From an uncultured Verrucomicrobiae bacterium (GTDB taxonomy: Bacteria > Verrucomicrobiota > Verrucomicrobiia > Chthoniobacterales > JAFAMB01), in assembly GCA_963837955.1 (NCBI GenBank), contig CAWIPH010000002.1, forward strand, positions 4,672,001-4,736,000: a stretch of 64,000 nt of DNA, given 5' to 3'. The first letter of the stretch is position 1, and every line of letters begins with the position of its first letter. This document shows, one piece after another, positions 28,993 through 41,173 of the stretch. The notes under the pieces were generated by a model. The model did no database searches. It saw nothing but the letters and a program-made list of their open reading frames with translations, and was not told the DNA's origin. The translations under genes and the position numbers were made by a program.

Positions 28993-29688
28993 CTAATCCC
29001 AGTTCCGCCGGCCGCCTCCCAGGAGAGGCAGCAAGTAGTACAGAAGATAACCAAGCGAAGTAATAAAAGCGGCAACGTAGGTCAGCGCAGCCGCATTTAA
29101 TACTTTATTTACACCCTCGGCGTCTGTCTGGTTCCGATAAAATCCCAATTCGCCCAAAATGCGTTTTGCTCGCGCAGACGCATCGAATTCGACAGGCAGA
29201 GTGATCAAGTTAAACAGCATGATGATAGCCCAGGCGAAACACAGAATGATCAGCATCGGCCGAAGCATATGAGTGACAAATCCAAAGATCGGCAGAAATG
29301 CCACAGCCATATTAGCGAAACCGACCAAATGCACTGAAGCCATTCGCCAACCGAGCGGGGAGTAGGCGAGTTTATGCTGTACGGCATGGCCGCACTCGTG
29401 GGCAGCCACGCCCATGGCAGCGGTCGAAGTACCGCGAAAATTATCAGAGGAAAGCACCAGCCTCTTTGACATGGGGTCGTAATGATCTCCAAGGATCTGG
29501 TTGGATTCCACAATCTGGACGTCATTGATTCCGGACCGCTGCAAAATATGGGCAGCTACTTCCGCTCCAGACAAGCCCGCGGAAGAAGGGACCTGGCTAT
29601 ACTTGGCGTAGGTCGCCTTAACTTTCCAGGTCGCCCAAAGCGAAAGAGCGAAAGTTCCGACGAACAGCAGAATACTTAGAGCACCCAT
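28993..29688 (-). CDS. Membrane zinc metallopeptidase (YugP / Zn_peptidase_2 family)
   Basis: [16 protein letters not shown] (HExxH), [21 protein letters not shown]. Confidence 0.92.
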   Translation of the reverse strand: MGALSILLFVGTFALSLWATWKVKATYAKYSQVPSSAGLSGAEVAAHILQRSGINDVQIVESNQILGDHYDPMSKRLVLSSDNFRGTSTAAMGVAAHECGHAVQHKLAYSPLGWRMASVHLVGFANMAVAFLPIFGFVTHMLRPMLIILCFAWAIIMLFNLITLPVEFDASARAKRILGELGFYRNQTDAEGVNKVLNAAALTYVAAFITSLGYLLYYLLPLLGGGRRNWD

Positions 29689-29750
29689 TGTTGTTCCAAG
29701 AAGATACTCTGAACTTGGCAGGCAGCAAATTGTGGTGAATTCATTCGGGT

Positions 29751-29766
29751 GGGCACAGCGTCTGCT
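29751..29766 (+). promoter_or_regulatory. Putative sigma54 (-24/-12) promoter
   Basis: GGGCACAGCGTCTGCT: GG-N10-GC with GGCAC core, about 55 nt upstream of ATG 29822. Confidence 0.55.
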
Positions 29767-29821
29767 TTGTCATACGCTGCTCCCTCTCCCCCGGGAGGGC
29801 CCATCTATACGCGTGACCATT

Positions 29822-31261
29822 ATGGGTAAACTCTTCGATGACTATGACCCCGGCTCGTTTTTCGACGAGATGTTTGAACCTTCTGGTCATGTTAGAAATC
29901 ATTACGGTCGTCTCTTGCAACGGTATGGCGAGCTGACCCCGGAAGAGTTTGAGAGGAAACGCGCAGTCGCGGACAATTCGTTTCTCAATCAAGGAATTAC
30001 CTTCACCGTCTATAACAATGATGAGGGCACCGAGCGCATTTTCCCATTCGATTTGCTGCCCAGAATAGTGCCATTGGCCGAATGGCAGCTTATCGAACGG
30101 GGGCTGACCCAGCGAATCACCGCGTTAAATCTTTTTTTGCAGGACGTTTATCACGAGCAAAAAATCATCAAAGACAACGTCGTGCCCCGCGAAATCGTCG
30201 AAAGTGCAGTACATTTTCGGCCGGAATTTATGGGTGTGGACGTGCCTAAGGGTATCTACATCCATATCTGCGGGACTGACCTAATCCGGGACCGCGATGG
30301 CAACTACCTTGTCCTCGAAGACAACGGGAGATGTCCCTCGGGAGTTTCTTACCTTCTGGAAAACCGGCAGGCCATGAAACGCGTTTTCCCGAACTTGTTC
30401 GCCCGCCATTCCGTTCAGCCGGTGGACGGTTATTGCCAGGAGCTGTTGAACGTACTTCGCTACATAGCGCCGGACGGCAATCCCGAACCAACTGTCGTTT
30501 TGCTGACGCCTGGAATATACAACTCTGCCTATTTCGAACACTCTTTTCTGGCGAGGACGATGGGTATCGAGATTGTCGTGGGTGCGGATCTAGTGATCCA
30601 AGATGGCTATCTCATGATGAAGACGACGAAGGGTCTTCGGCGAGTCGACGTAGTCTACCGGCGGATCGACGACGATTTTCTCGATCCATCTGTGTTTCGG
30701 AAGGATTCTTTGTTGGGCGTTTCCGGTATCGTGGAGGCCTATCGAAGAGGAAATGTAAGCCTGGCAAATTCGATTGGTACCGGCGTCGCGGATGACAAGG
30801 TGACCTACTACTTTGTTCCGAAGATGATCAAATATTATCTCGATCAGGAGCCCATTCTCCCCAACGTACCTACATTTCTTTCCCACTTTGATTCGGATCG
30901 GTCGTACATGCTCGAACATCTCTCTGAGCTCGTTGTGAAATCGGCGAACGAAAGCGGTGGTTACGGAATGCTGATGGGTCCCACCTCAACGGCGTCTGAA
31001 CGAGAGAAATTTCGTGCAGCCATTAATCAAAACCCTCGAAATTACATCGCTCAGCCTGTTGTCCGTCTTTCCCGATCACCGTCCTATTGTGACGGCAGTT
31101 TTGAGGGCCGGCACATTGACTTGCGTCCTTACGTTCTATCCGGCGAGAAAATCACGATCATCCCCGGAGGCCTCACCCGAGTCGCTCTGCGGAAGGACTC
31201 TCTCGTGGTGAACTCTTCGCAGGGAGGTGGAAGTAAGGACACCTGGGTGTTAACCGAGTGA
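29822..31261 (+). CDS. Circularly permuted ATP-grasp type 2 protein
   Basis: [64 protein letters not shown]. Confidence 0.93.
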   Translation: MGKLFDDYDPGSFFDEMFEPSGHVRNHYGRLLQRYGELTPEEFERKRAVADNSFLNQGITFTVYNNDEGTERIFPFDLLPRIVPLAEWQLIERGLTQRITALNLFLQDVYHEQKIIKDNVVPREIVESAVHFRPEFMGVDVPKGIYIHICGTDLIRDRDGNYLVLEDNGRCPSGVSYLLENRQAMKRVFPNLFARHSVQPVDGYCQELLNVLRYIAPDGNPEPTVVLLTPGIYNSAYFEHSFLARTMGIEIVVGADLVIQDGYLMMKTTKGLRRVDVVYRRIDDDFLDPSVFRKDSLLGVSGIVEAYRRGNVSLANSIGTGVADDKVTYYFVPKMIKYYLDQEPILPNVPTFLSHFDSDRSYMLEHLSELVVKSANESGGYGMLMGPTSTASEREKFRAAINQNPRNYIAQPVVRLSRSPSYCDGSFEGRHIDLRPYVLSGEKITIIPGGLTRVALRKDSLVVNSSQGGGSKDTWVLTE

Positions 31262-31314
31262 TTCGTTAATGAGATGCTAATGATTCACGGCAAAATTGAC
31301 CTTCTGCACTAAAG

Positions 31315-32319
31315 ATGCTTTCCCGAGTTGCCGATTCACTCTACTGGCTCGGCCGTTACATCGAGCGAGCGGAGAACAACGCCCGCATGCTGGACGTGAA
31401 TCTCCAGCTCATGTTGGATGCCACCCTGCTCAATAACCGGTACAGCCAGCAGCATTGGGAATCGATCATCTACTCCCTCGAAGACACCAAGCTTTTCGAG
31501 AAGCTCTACCAAACGATAGATGGCGAGCATGTGGTTGAGTTCGTCTCATTCGAAAAGAAGAACCCTACCTCGATCTACTCGTGCCTCTGTTCCGCCCGAG
31601 AAAACGCTCGGACTGTACGTGAACAGATCTCTTCCGAAATGTTTGAGCAAATCAATCGAATGTTCCTCGATTTTCGCTCGGGCGAAGCGCAACGGCTTTT
31701 CCGTTCCAGCAGCTATCAATTTTTTCAGTGGGTCTTGCAAGGCTGTCATCTGTTTCAAGGAATCGCCGACGCGACCATGGCTCACGATGAAGGCTGGGAC
31801 TTTATTCAGCTCGGCAAGTTCCTGGAACGAGCGGATCGGACCTCTCGTATCCTCGACATCAAGTATCATATCCTTTTGCCAAAAGGAGAGCAGATTGGGG
31901 GAAACGTTGACCTCGTACAATGGCTTGCTGTGCTAAACTCCTGCAGCGCTGGCGAACCGTTTAGGAAACACTTTCGAGGTCAGGTTGCGCCTTGGAAAGT
32001 CGCCGAATTCCTTATCAAGCATCAGACCTTCCCGCGCTCGATTCGTTTTTGTGTCGATTCCTTTGATTACTCTTTGCATCGCATCACGGGGGTGGAACGC
32101 GGCGATTTCCTTTACCGGATAGAGGCTGAACGACTCTCGGGCAAACTGCTGGCCGACTTATCGTACGTGACGATTGCCGATATTTTTAGAATCGGATTAC
32201 ACGAATACCTGGACACGTTCCAATTGCGACTCATTGAGATCGGCAACGCAGTGTATAAGGAGTTCTGCGAATGGTTGGACCCTGAGGACACCGCCGAAGC
32301 GGCCGAGGAAGGCAAATAA
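31315..32319 (+). CDS. Alpha-E domain protein
   Basis: MLSRVADSLYWLGRYIERAEN, ARENARTVRE, LGKFLERAD, FPRS. Confidence 0.93.
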   Translation: MLSRVADSLYWLGRYIERAENNARMLDVNLQLMLDATLLNNRYSQQHWESIIYSLEDTKLFEKLYQTIDGEHVVEFVSFEKKNPTSIYSCLCSARENARTVREQISSEMFEQINRMFLDFRSGEAQRLFRSSSYQFFQWVLQGCHLFQGIADATMAHDEGWDFIQLGKFLERADRTSRILDIKYHILLPKGEQIGGNVDLVQWLAVLNSCSAGEPFRKHFRGQVAPWKVAEFLIKHQTFPRSIRFCVDSFDYSLHRITGVERGDFLYRIEAERLSGKLLADLSYVTIADIFRIGLHEYLDTFQLRLIEIGNAVYKEFCEWLDPEDTAEAAEEGK

Positions 32320-32429
32320 GTCTAGGCGGTAGAAAATAATGCCTCGTCTCGCAAACTGCGGCTGAACGCTCGCGTCTGGCGTCACGGGCCTGACCAACCT
32401 ATCGCAAAACGTTCTCCGCCTACTCTGCC

Positions 32430-33500
32430 CTAGCGCCTGCCAGTCTTAGGCACGCTCCAAACCCAAACTCTTCCCTCATCCCCGACGGCCGCGAGCCACC
32501 TGTTATCCGGCGAGAAAGCAACTGCCCAGATCGGCTTCGTAGTATTCAATAACTCCAATCGCTGGCTCGGACGGGAAAACAAGACCAAGTTAACGCGACC
32601 GTCTTCTCCGCAGCTGGCAATCCATTTTCCATCCGGAGACCAACTGAGTCGTCGCGCACCCCCGTTTCCTGGCCGATGAAGCTGCAGGCCGAGATGCTTG
32701 CGACCGTTTCCCGCCGTGAATATGACAATCCGCCCGTCCTGCAAGGCGGCGCCTACCCAATGGCCACTGGGGGAGTACGCAACGCCATTGACTTCGTCTT
32801 TCCCGAATCCGTACGGCGCGCGGTAGTTGGGCGGAACATTTTGGCTGCGCCAACGAACTTCTGCGGTTGTGGCGTCTAGCACCAGGACCGTGCTACCCCC
32901 TTGACCGGTACCAATAACCAAATCGTGATGTTTGGGGGCCCAGCTTACACCCAGACCGGCACCATCCAGCTGGATAGTCGAGGTTGTGTATCCTTCGATA
33001 TTCCAAATTTTCGTGGTGGCTGAAACGTCAGCGACAGCCAACTCCCGACCATTCGGTGAGAATGCCAGGTCATAAACAGCGCCACCCTGGTTACGCGTTT
33101 TTTGTAATGTTCTGTTCTCCCACCAATCCAGCGACCCATTTATTCCCCCGGAAATTAAAAGGTTGCCGTTTGGAGACCAGGCTAAACCCCAGATTTCGCC
33201 CTGTTCAGCGGCCAATGGGTCGATCGACCCAAAGCTGGGTACTGAGAACATCCAAATCTTGCTCAGTCCTCCGCAGGCGAGCGTTGCGCTATCGGGCGAC
33301 CACGCCAAGCTGTACAGGCCTTGATCGGCCTGCGTGGTGAAGGTCAAGACTGTTTTAGCCGATCCGACGGACAAGAGTTTGACCTCAGCCGCCCGCGTTG
33401 CTCCAGAAGCTAAACAAAAGAAGACAATTAAAAGAATTCTGTGTATCGGAAATCCTCGCACCGTGTTCGCCACGTTAGTGCACTCTATCAGATATATCAC
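32430..33500 (-). CDS. Exported WD40-repeat beta-propeller protein
   Basis: Seven repeats: LAWSPD, LAWSPN, LAFSPN, VSWAPK, VAYSPS, LSWSPD, VAFSPD; hydrophobic signal; start may be GTG 33461. Confidence 0.85.
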   Translation of the reverse strand: MIYLIECTNVANTVRGFPIHRILLIVFFCLASGATRAAEVKLLSVGSAKTVLTFTTQADQGLYSLAWSPDSATLACGGLSKIWMFSVPSFGSIDPLAAEQGEIWGLAWSPNGNLLISGGINGSLDWWENRTLQKTRNQGGAVYDLAFSPNGRELAVADVSATTKIWNIEGYTTSTIQLDGAGLGVSWAPKHHDLVIGTGQGGSTVLVLDATTAEVRWRSQNVPPNYRAPYGFGKDEVNGVAYSPSGHWVGAALQDGRIVIFTAGNGRKHLGLQLHRPGNGGARRLSWSPDGKWIASCGEDGRVNLVLFSRPSQRLELLNTTKPIWAVAFSPDNRWLAAVGDEGRVWVWSVPKTGRR

Positions 33501-33584
33501 ATGCGCGGTTAAAGCACCGTGCGTTTAGCCCGACGTGCCGCGGGATGCAAGGAGAGAAAGCGTAGCCTTTGCGAGAACGATTAT

Positions 33585-35555
33585 TCAGATCTCGTATTCG
33601 GTATCGTCCAACCGAAGCAAGGGCATCAAAAAGACCAGTAAACGATCCAAAGAAACGTCTACGCTCTCCTGCTCGGTTCGAAGGATCAGCTCCGGATCCT
33701 CGGGAACCTCGTACGGCGCATCAATACCGGTAAAACCTCGAATCAAGCCGGCTCGCGCTTTTTGATAAAGCGCTTTCGGATCACGGCTTTCACACACTTC
33801 GATCGGCGCCGAAACGTGCACCTCAACAAACTCCACTCCGCCGCTCGAAACGATTTGACGCGCCTTCCGCCGATCGGTCCGGTAAGGAGAGATGAACGAG
33901 GTGATCACGACGAGACCGGTCGTGGCCATGAGTTTTGCCACCTCGGCGGCGCGCCGGATGTTTTCGACACGGTCTTCAGGACTGAAAGATAGGTTGGCGT
34001 TCAGGCCATGGCGAAGGTTGTCTCCGTCCATCACGCAAACGTGCATCTGCCGGTCGAACAACTCCCGTTCCAGCGCGTATGCCAACGTTGATTTTCCAGC
34101 CCCAGATAATCCAGTGAGCCAGACTACCAAGCCACGATGACCATTTCGCTCGATCCGCTCCCGGAAATTCACCTGCCCCTCGGACCAAGAGATATTGGAG
34201 CTTCGGGCGGGTGCCCGCTCTAGATACTGGCCGCCGAAAACGATCCCGCCCCCAGCTACGTCATTTTCGTCCACCAAAACGAACCGTCCGCTCGCCGCTA
34301 AGCGGTCATAATTGTCCAAAACGATCGGCCCACGCGTCTGCACCGTGATTTCGGCGACTTCATTGCGGCCGACTGACCGACGAATGCTGGAAGTCGTCTC
34401 CAAAGACGAAGCGTCAATCGCCCGATCGATTGAAGCCACCTGACATTCAACTTCTTGAGTCAAAAGCTTTACTTTGTAGCGACGCCCAAGAATTAGTGGC
34501 CGATCACCCATCCAAAACAAGCGAGCCCGAAAACGATTTGTCTCTATCGGCATCGCGTTCGCGGTTGCGGCGATTTGCCCTCGCTCCACAAAAATCTGTT
34601 CACGGAGAGTGATACCGATCGATTGACCGGAGCGAGCAACGGAGGTGGCTGGGGCTTGCCACGACTCGATCGAGGCTACGATCGACTCTTTATCGGCTGG
34701 AGCAAAAATTATCTGTTCCCCAACTCGGAGACTACCCGATTCGACTCGACCAGCAATGATCCTTCGTTCGTCAAACCGATAAACGTCTTGGACGGCAAAC
34801 CGCAGAGGCGCATCACTCGCCAGCGCCGGCGCTTCTAGCTCATCCAAAGCCTTAACCAAGGTCGGCCCATCGTACCAGGACAACTGTTCCGGCTGAGCTA
34901 CGATTAAATTGGCGCCATCGCGGGCAGAGATCGGAACAAAACGAATCGGCTCAATTCCAAGTTTCTTTAGAAATGCGCGATACTCGGTTTCAATTTGGGT
35001 AAAAACGTCGGACGCGTAGTTCACCAGATCCATCTTGTTGACCAAGACGAGTACCTGATTCACTCCCAACAAGCTCAACAGATAGGCGTGACGACGGCTT
35101 TGTTCTTGAACCCCCTCATTGGCAGCTATGAGTAAGAGAGCGGCGTCCGCTGTCGCGGCACCCGTGACCATATTTTTCAGAAACTCCTTGTGCCCGGGAG
35201 CATCAATGATCACGTAATTGCGGAGCGCGGTATGAAACCAAATCTGCGAGACATCAATCGTAATGTTTTGGTCTCGTTCTGCCTGTAAAGCATCCATCAG
35301 GAATGCCCATTCAAAAGGCATATTCCTTCTTCGGCAGATTGCTTGGATCTGCTCATATTTGCCGTCCGGGAGGGACTCGGTTTCGTAGAGAAGCCGGCCG
35401 ACAAGCGTTGATTTACCGTGGTCGACGTGGCCTACGATCACCACGCGAAAGGCTCGCTCTGCCAAAGCAGGCTCCGCTGCTTGCCTATTCGCGTCGTCCG
35501 ATGAGCCTGGCTCAGCGAGATCTTTTCCCGAAACAGTTTCCGGTCTGACGTTCAT
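33585..35555 (-). CDS. cysNC: Bifunctional sulfate adenylyltransferase subunit 1 / APS kinase
   Basis: [18 protein letters not shown] GTPase motifs; C-terminal [27 protein letters not shown]. Confidence 0.95.
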   Translation of the reverse strand: MNVRPETVSGKDLAEPGSSDDANRQAAEPALAERAFRVVIVGHVDHGKSTLVGRLLYETESLPDGKYEQIQAICRRRNMPFEWAFLMDALQAERDQNITIDVSQIWFHTALRNYVIIDAPGHKEFLKNMVTGAATADAALLLIAANEGVQEQSRRHAYLLSLLGVNQVLVLVNKMDLVNYASDVFTQIETEYRAFLKKLGIEPIRFVPISARDGANLIVAQPEQLSWYDGPTLVKALDELEAPALASDAPLRFAVQDVYRFDERRIIAGRVESGSLRVGEQIIFAPADKESIVASIESWQAPATSVARSGQSIGITLREQIFVERGQIAATANAMPIETNRFRARLFWMGDRPLILGRRYKVKLLTQEVECQVASIDRAIDASSLETTSSIRRSVGRNEVAEITVQTRGPIVLDNYDRLAASGRFVLVDENDVAGGGIVFGGQYLERAPARSSNISWSEGQVNFRERIERNGHRGLVVWLTGLSGAGKSTLAYALERELFDRQMHVCVMDGDNLRHGLNANLSFSPEDRVENIRRAAEVAKLMATTGLVVITSFISPYRTDRRKARQIVSSGGVEFVEVHVSAPIEVCESRDPKALYQKARAGLIRGFTGIDAPYEVPEDPELILRTEQESVDVSLDRLLVFLMPLLRLDDTEYEI

Positions 35556-35616
35556 CTCTTTTGCCGATCAACCGCGGAGCAATACTCGAGGAGAATACCG
35601 ACGGCTGGCATTGTTT

Positions 35617-36438
35617 TCACATATATCCACTGGCTCGGAGGCGCTCAAAGGCATCTTCCGATTCCTGGTCCTGGGCTCGCGTACTTCTTTCCGAAAGCTT
35701 GGTCTCACGCAGCTCGGCGATGATAGCCGAGACCGAACTCGCTGTCGATTGCACTGGTTTCGTACAGGGAGCGCAACCGAGGCTCCGGTAACGAAAACCA
35801 TTTCGAGCAAAATATAGGTCCACTACCGGGATATTTTCGCGCTCAATGTATTCCCAAACGTTTGTCTCCGTCCAATGCAGCAGCGGATGAATTCGAATAT
35901 GGGTTCCCGGGTCAAAATCGGTTTTGAATTGATCCCAGAGTTCCGGCGGCTGGTCTTTAAAATTCCACTCAAAATTCTTATCGCGTGGCGAGAAGTAGCG
36001 TTCTTTTGCGCGCGTCCCCTCCTCGTCTCTTCGGATACCAACGATCACCGCCTGATATCCATGTTCCTCGATGACCGCCTGGAGAGCATCCCGCTTGAGC
36101 GATCCACAACACTCTACGCGTGTCAACGCACCACCGGGGAATGTTCGCCCAGCCTGAATTGCCTCCCGATTCTGGCCCACAACCAGATTGATACCCCACT
36201 CGCGGACTAGCTTATCCCGGAACACAATCATCTCGGGAAGCTTGAAGCTTGTATCAACGTGAACGCACGGCACGGGAATATGGCCGAAGAACGCCTTGCG
36301 CAAGAGCCACAGCAGAACAGACGAGTCTTTGCCTACGCTCCAGAGCATCGCAACCCGCCGAAACTTCCGATAAGCCTCACGTAAAATATAGACGCTCTGA
36401 CTCTCCAGCGCGTCTAAGTGTGCAAACCGAGCGTCCAT
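35617..36438 (-). CDS. cysD: Sulfate adenylyltransferase subunit 2
   Basis: [37 protein letters not shown] overlaps the cysH stop. Confidence 0.95.
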   Translation of the reverse strand: MDARFAHLDALESQSVYILREAYRKFRRVAMLWSVGKDSSVLLWLLRKAFFGHIPVPCVHVDTSFKLPEMIVFRDKLVREWGINLVVGQNREAIQAGRTFPGGALTRVECCGSLKRDALQAVIEEHGYQAVIVGIRRDEEGTRAKERYFSPRDKNFEWNFKDQPPELWDQFKTDFDPGTHIRIHPLLHWTETNVWEYIERENIPVVDLYFARNGFRYRSLGCAPCTKPVQSTASSVSAIIAELRETKLSERSTRAQDQESEDAFERLRASGYM

Positions 36439-37172
36439 CAAATGTTCTCGCCTAGAAACGTGTGAATGCCGCATTCCGTCTTATCGAATCCGATCCAACG
36501 TCCCGCTCGATCCGAATCGTCGCCGATCACGCAACGAGTGCAGGGCCAGCAGCCTATGCTGCGAAAACCACGATCTTTAAGCGGGTTGTATGGAATGCGA
36601 TGTTTCCCGATATAGTCCCACACTTGGGCCGAAGTCCATCCCGCGAGAGGATTTACTTTTACGATTTGTTTTCCGCGCAATTTATCAAACTCATAAAGCT
36701 CGAGCACCTGAGTGGACGCGCGAGTCGAAGACTGGTCCCGTCGCAGCCCTGAAATCCAGCCGTCGAGCTCTGAGAGTTTTCCCTGCAGAGGGATTACTTT
36801 TCGGATCGAGCAGCAAAGATCCGGATTGCGTTCCCAAAGATTTGCGCCCAGCTCGCGAGCCTGCCCTTCGACCGTAAGTTCCGGCACGACTGCCTCGATC
36901 TCGATGCCAAAGAATTTCTCGAGCCGATCCTTCAATTCCAATGTCTCTGGGAACAGCAGGCCGGTATCAATGGTAAATACCGGTAAATCTAGTCCAGCGG
37001 AGATCGCCTGATGAATTGTCACCAAACCGGCTCCCTGGAAACTCGTTCCGATTGCGACCCGACCGGGAAAACTTTGCGAAGCCCAGGTTAAAACATCTAC
37101 GGGCGCAGCAGATTCGAACTCCTGCGCCAGAGCTCTAATTTCGGTACTGGATGGAAGATCGAAAACCTGCAT
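36438..37172 (-). CDS. cysH: (P)APS reductase of the Fe-S cluster (APS reductase) type
   Basis: TIDTG, CC pair (LCCSIRK), [21 protein letters not shown]. Confidence 0.93.
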   Translation of the reverse strand: MQVFDLPSSTEIRALAQEFESAAPVDVLTWASQSFPGRVAIGTSFQGAGLVTIHQAISAGLDLPVFTIDTGLLFPETLELKDRLEKFFGIEIEAVVPELTVEGQARELGANLWERNPDLCCSIRKVIPLQGKLSELDGWISGLRRDQSSTRASTQVLELYEFDKLRGKQIVKVNPLAGWTSAQVWDYIGKHRIPYNPLKDRGFRSIGCWPCTRCVIGDDSDRAGRWIGFDKTECGIHTFLGENI

Positions 37173-37178
37173 CAGGGC

Positions 37179-37206
37179 TTAATCTCTAATTGTCTACAGA
37201 GAATAA
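37179..37206. promoter_or_regulatory. Palindromic operator candidate immediately upstream of cysH
   Basis: TTAATCTCT-N10-AGAGAATAA, 8/9 inverted match, AT-rich. Confidence 0.45.
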
Positions 37207-37429
37207 GCAAATACTATTTCTACCTCGCAGTTAGACCTTCAGGCAGAGGGTGGCCGCATGGCTTGGCTTCGTCCTCGACTCGTCCATTCTAAAGTGTCAC
37301 CACGGATGCCGGAAGTTCAAGAATAGCTCAGATCTCCTTCCTTTCAGCTTGAGTCGTGAAAGAGTTTTCCGTTACGCTTTCCTAGAGACCGGGGTGCGAC
37401 GAGCGCAAAGCGGCTCGAAGGGGCCACAC

Positions 37430-37936
37430 ATGTCACGAGCACAGTTGACGAGGGGATTTCTCTGGTTTTCGATACTCGGTTGGGGCATTGGCCTGGGCGC
37501 TAAATTATTCGACCTTCTCGTCGTGGCGGGAGCGTGGGGCGTTGCGCCCCCGACCTCGCTTACGCTGATGCCTTATGGCCCACGTTATCCGATGGACCCT
37601 GGGGATTTCTTCCAGCCCTTGAGCGCACTGATGGTGGTGGGGATCCTCGGAGCGCTCATCAGCGGATGGAAGACCCCACTTTACTATCGGATTTGGTTGT
37701 GGGTGCCGGCCATCAGTTTTCTCCTTATCTGGATCTTTACCCCCACCGTCTTCTGGCCGATGATCCGTGAACTCTATGGCGCTGGCTCCGGGAAGATCCT
37801 CAGAAGCGAGGCTGAGCTTATACAGCTGGTGCGACGCTGGATGATCTGGGATTGGTTGCGAGTGGCTCTGATAGCGGCGGGATTCGTCTCATCGGTCCGG
37901 GCGATCAGTATTCCCTTCCCGCGCAGTGACCGCTGA
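37430..37936 (+). CDS. Small multi-TM membrane protein (DUF1772/anthrone oxygenase-like)
   Basis: About 4 hydrophobic segments; W..APP.S, FWPMIREL, RRWMIWDWLR pattern. Confidence 0.6.
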   Translation: MSRAQLTRGFLWFSILGWGIGLGAKLFDLLVVAGAWGVAPPTSLTLMPYGPRYPMDPGDFFQPLSALMVVGILGALISGWKTPLYYRIWLWVPAISFLLIWIFTPTVFWPMIRELYGAGSGKILRSEAELIQLVRRWMIWDWLRVALIAAGFVSSVRAISIPFPRSDR

Positions 37937-38112
37937 ACGCACATGCTTGCCTGCGCTTTGGAGTGAGTTTCCAAACGCTGTTAAAGCAAAAATACGACCT
38001 TCCGGAGGCTGACTCCAATCCTCTTTCGAGCATTGAAGCTCCATCACTGCCGCGCGGAGTGGATGCCGCAACTTGAGGCGGTTCGGACCGGACGATTGCA
38101 AGCCCGACGTTC

Positions 38113-40101
38113 TTATAAAAGCGGACGGGCTACTTCGATCAGGTGTTCGGCGGTAATTCCGAGTTCCTTCATGACTTGCGCACCCGGAGCGCTCAATCCG
38201 AAACGGTCAATCCCAACGGTCTTTCCATCGAGACCGACATACTTGTACCAATACGCAGTCACGCCCGCCTCGATAGAAACTCTCTTTCGACAAGAAGGCG
38301 GCAAAACTTCGTTCCGATATGTCTCATCCTGGCGGTCGAACTTGTTCAAACAGGGCGCAGAGACAACTCTCACCCCGCTCCCCAGTTCCTTTGCTGCGGC
38401 TAAGGCATGCTGGACCTCGGAGCCGGTCGCAATCAGGATAAGCTGCAGCGGAGAAGTCTCTTTGCGGAGAATATATGCCCCCCGAAGAGTCCCTTGTCGT
38501 CGTTGCTCCGCCGGTAGCTCTGTCAAGTTGGGTACAACCTGTCGCGTCAACGCGAGCAAAGTCGGTCCGTTTGTCCGTTGAAGCGCTGCGACGAAGGCCG
38601 CCGCGCATTCCTCCGGATCCGCCGGGCGATACACATCTAAATTAGGAAGGACCCGTAAGCCGCTTACCGTCTCAACGGGCTCATGGGTCGGACCATCTTC
38701 ACCGACTCCGACTGAATCATGCGTAAAAATGTAAAGCACCGGAAGCTTGGCCAGAGCGGCCAGGCGGATCGACGGCCGGCAATAGTCAGCAAATACCAAG
38801 AAGGTAGCTCCAGAAGGACGGAAAACCCCGTAGTAAGCAATTCCGTTGAGAATCGCACACATACCGTGCTCCCTGATTCCAAACCTAATATTTCTTCCGG
38901 ACCAATTCGTCGGATTGAAATCCTTATCGGATTCTATGTAGTTAAGGGTGGAACCGTACAGATCAGCGCTACCCCCAATCAGCAATGGTAAAGCCTGAGC
39001 TAAAGGCTGCAGGACTACGTTCCCGGCTTTGCGGGTAGCGATTTTTGTGTCTGCGGGAAACTCGGGCACACGCTGCAAAAGGTCGTGTGGGATTTCATGC
39101 TTGATGCCCTGCTCGAGCAGCGCTGCCAATTTCGGATTCTCTTCTCGCCACTCGCTAAAAATCTTTTGCCAAGCATCGTATCCTTTTTTCAGGGTCTGTT
39201 TGTGTTCCGCAAAATAGCTCCTGACTTCCGGAGATACGTAGAATTTTTCGGGTGGTAGGCCCAACGCTTTGCGCGCAGCATCCACAAATTTTACACCCGC
39301 TTCTCCGTGCGCCTTACTAGTGCCAGCAACTTCCGGGATGCCTTTCCCGACAATGGTGTGCGCAACAATGAATTGGGGCCGGCCGCTAATAGCTCCCTTT
39401 GCTTTCTCGAATACAGCGAGAAACGCCTCCATGTTGTGACCGTCCACCTCCTGCACATCGTAACCGTACGCGGCAAATCGCTTCGCTGTGTCCTCGCTTT
39501 GCGTGAGATTTGCCATCGCGTCGAGGGTGACTAGATTCGAGTCGTAGATCAGGATCAGGTTATCCAGCTTGTAATGTCCGGCAAACTCTGCAGCCTCGTG
39601 GGCCACACCCTCCTGAAGGCATCCGTCACCGGCAACACACACCACTTTATGATCAATAATCGTGTGTTTCGCGGTGTTGAATCGAGCCGCCGCCATCTTC
39701 GCAGAAACCGCCATCCCAACCGCGTTTCCGACCCCCTGTCCGAGCGGTCCGGTCGTAGATTCTACCCCTGGAGTCTCGCCAAACTCTGGATGGCCCGGGG
39801 TCTTGCTATGGAGTTGTCGAAAATTCCGGATGTCGTCCAGTGAGATGTCAAAGCCGGCGAAGTGCAGCCAAGAGTACAAAAACATGCTTCCGTGGCCCGC
39901 GGATAGGACAAACCTGTCCCGGTTTAGCCAATGGGGATCATCCGGGAAATAATGCAAAGCGTACCCGAACAGAACCGCCCCGATTTCCGCGTCTCCCAAA
40001 GGCAAGCCAAGGTGACCGGAATTAGCCGCTTGGACGGCGTCCATTGCCAACCCGCGCGCTTCTGTCGCGGCCCGCGTAAGAAGTTCAGTATTCAGTGCCA
40101 T
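38113..40101 (-). CDS. tkt: Transketolase
   Basis: [52 protein letters not shown]. Confidence 0.97.
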   Translation of the reverse strand: MALNTELLTRAATEARGLAMDAVQAANSGHLGLPLGDAEIGAVLFGYALHYFPDDPHWLNRDRFVLSAGHGSMFLYSWLHFAGFDISLDDIRNFRQLHSKTPGHPEFGETPGVESTTGPLGQGVGNAVGMAVSAKMAAARFNTAKHTIIDHKVVCVAGDGCLQEGVAHEAAEFAGHYKLDNLILIYDSNLVTLDAMANLTQSEDTAKRFAAYGYDVQEVDGHNMEAFLAVFEKAKGAISGRPQFIVAHTIVGKGIPEVAGTSKAHGEAGVKFVDAARKALGLPPEKFYVSPEVRSYFAEHKQTLKKGYDAWQKIFSEWREENPKLAALLEQGIKHEIPHDLLQRVPEFPADTKIATRKAGNVVLQPLAQALPLLIGGSADLYGSTLNYIESDKDFNPTNWSGRNIRFGIREHGMCAILNGIAYYGVFRPSGATFLVFADYCRPSIRLAALAKLPVLYIFTHDSVGVGEDGPTHEPVETVSGLRVLPNLDVYRPADPEECAAAFVAALQRTNGPTLLALTRQVVPNLTELPAEQRRQGTLRGAYILRKETSPLQLILIATGSEVQHALAAAKELGSGVRVVSAPCLNKFDRQDETYRNEVLPPSCRKRVSIEAGVTAYWYKYVGLDGKTVGIDRFGLSAPGAQVMKELGITAEHLIEVARPLL

Positions 40102-40225
40102 ACGAATCTATTCTCTGATAACCACGGTCTCGGACGCCACGCATCTAAAAAAACGTCTAATTCCAAAAAGAATTTTCTGGCTTGCGATGGAAGTTGCCTG
40201 TAGGTAAACGCCCCCTTTTTTGACG

Positions 40226-41104
40226 ATGAGCCAAAACAAACTTCGTATCGGATTGCCGTCCGGAAGCCTCCAAGAGGCTACGCTGGAGCTATTTGCGAAG
40301 GCCGGCTATCGGATCACGGCCAACAGGCGGTCCTATAAGCCGACGATCGATGACCCTGAGCTTGAGGTTCGTCTGCTCCGGGCTCAGGAAATCGGCCGGT
40401 ACGTAGAACGTGGGTTTCTGGATTGTGGAATCACCGGCAAAGACTGGATTGAGGAGAATGGCTCCGATGTCGCGGTGCTGGGCGATCTCCGCTACAGCAA
40501 AACGACCTCCGGTCCGACCCGCTGGGTTCTAGTTGTACCGGAAAACTCACCGATTCGGCGGATCGAGGATCTGGCGGGTAAACGCATCGCCACCGAAGCA
40601 GTTGGGCTTACCCAACGGTTTCTACAGGCCCACGGGATTGAGGCATCCGTCGAGTTCAGCTGGGGAGCGACCGAGGTAAAAGTGCCGGAATTAGTGGACG
40701 CAATTGTGGACATTACCGAAACGGGCGCTTCGTTGCAGGCGAACAATCTCCGAATCCTTGAAGTGTTGGCAGAATCATATCCCCAAGTAATCGGGAATCA
40801 CACGGCAATGGAGGATGTTTGGAAGAAAGCGAAGCTCCAACGGATCTATTTGCTTTTGGAAGGGGCACTCAATGCGCGAGACAAAGTGGGCCTCAAAATG
40901 AATTTGGAAGAATCAAAACTGCGCGATCTGCTTGCGCGGTTGCCGGCGCTCAGAAATCCTACGGTTTCACCGTTAGCTCAGAACGGTTGGGTCGCGATCG
41001 AAACGATTATCGATGAAACGGTCGTGCGCGAGATCATTCCAGAACTCAAGCAGCTCGGTGCCGAAGGCATCATTGAGTATCCGTTGAACAAAGTTGTTTA
41101 TTAG
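40226..41104 (+). CDS. hisG: ATP phosphoribosyltransferase, long form
   Basis: [33 protein letters not shown]-terminal regulatory domain PTVSPL...GAEGI. Confidence 0.96.
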   Translation: MSQNKLRIGLPSGSLQEATLELFAKAGYRITANRRSYKPTIDDPELEVRLLRAQEIGRYVERGFLDCGITGKDWIEENGSDVAVLGDLRYSKTTSGPTRWVLVVPENSPIRRIEDLAGKRIATEAVGLTQRFLQAHGIEASVEFSWGATEVKVPELVDAIVDITETGASLQANNLRILEVLAESYPQVIGNHTAMEDVWKKAKLQRIYLLLEGALNARDKVGLKMNLEESKLRDLLARLPALRNPTVSPLAQNGWVAIETIIDETVVREIIPELKQLGAEGIIEYPLNKVVY

Positions 41105-41173
41105 ATTTAATTCACTGCTCAACTCCGGCTGCTGGTCCGGCAACCAATATTACCAGCGAGACTGTACCTCATT

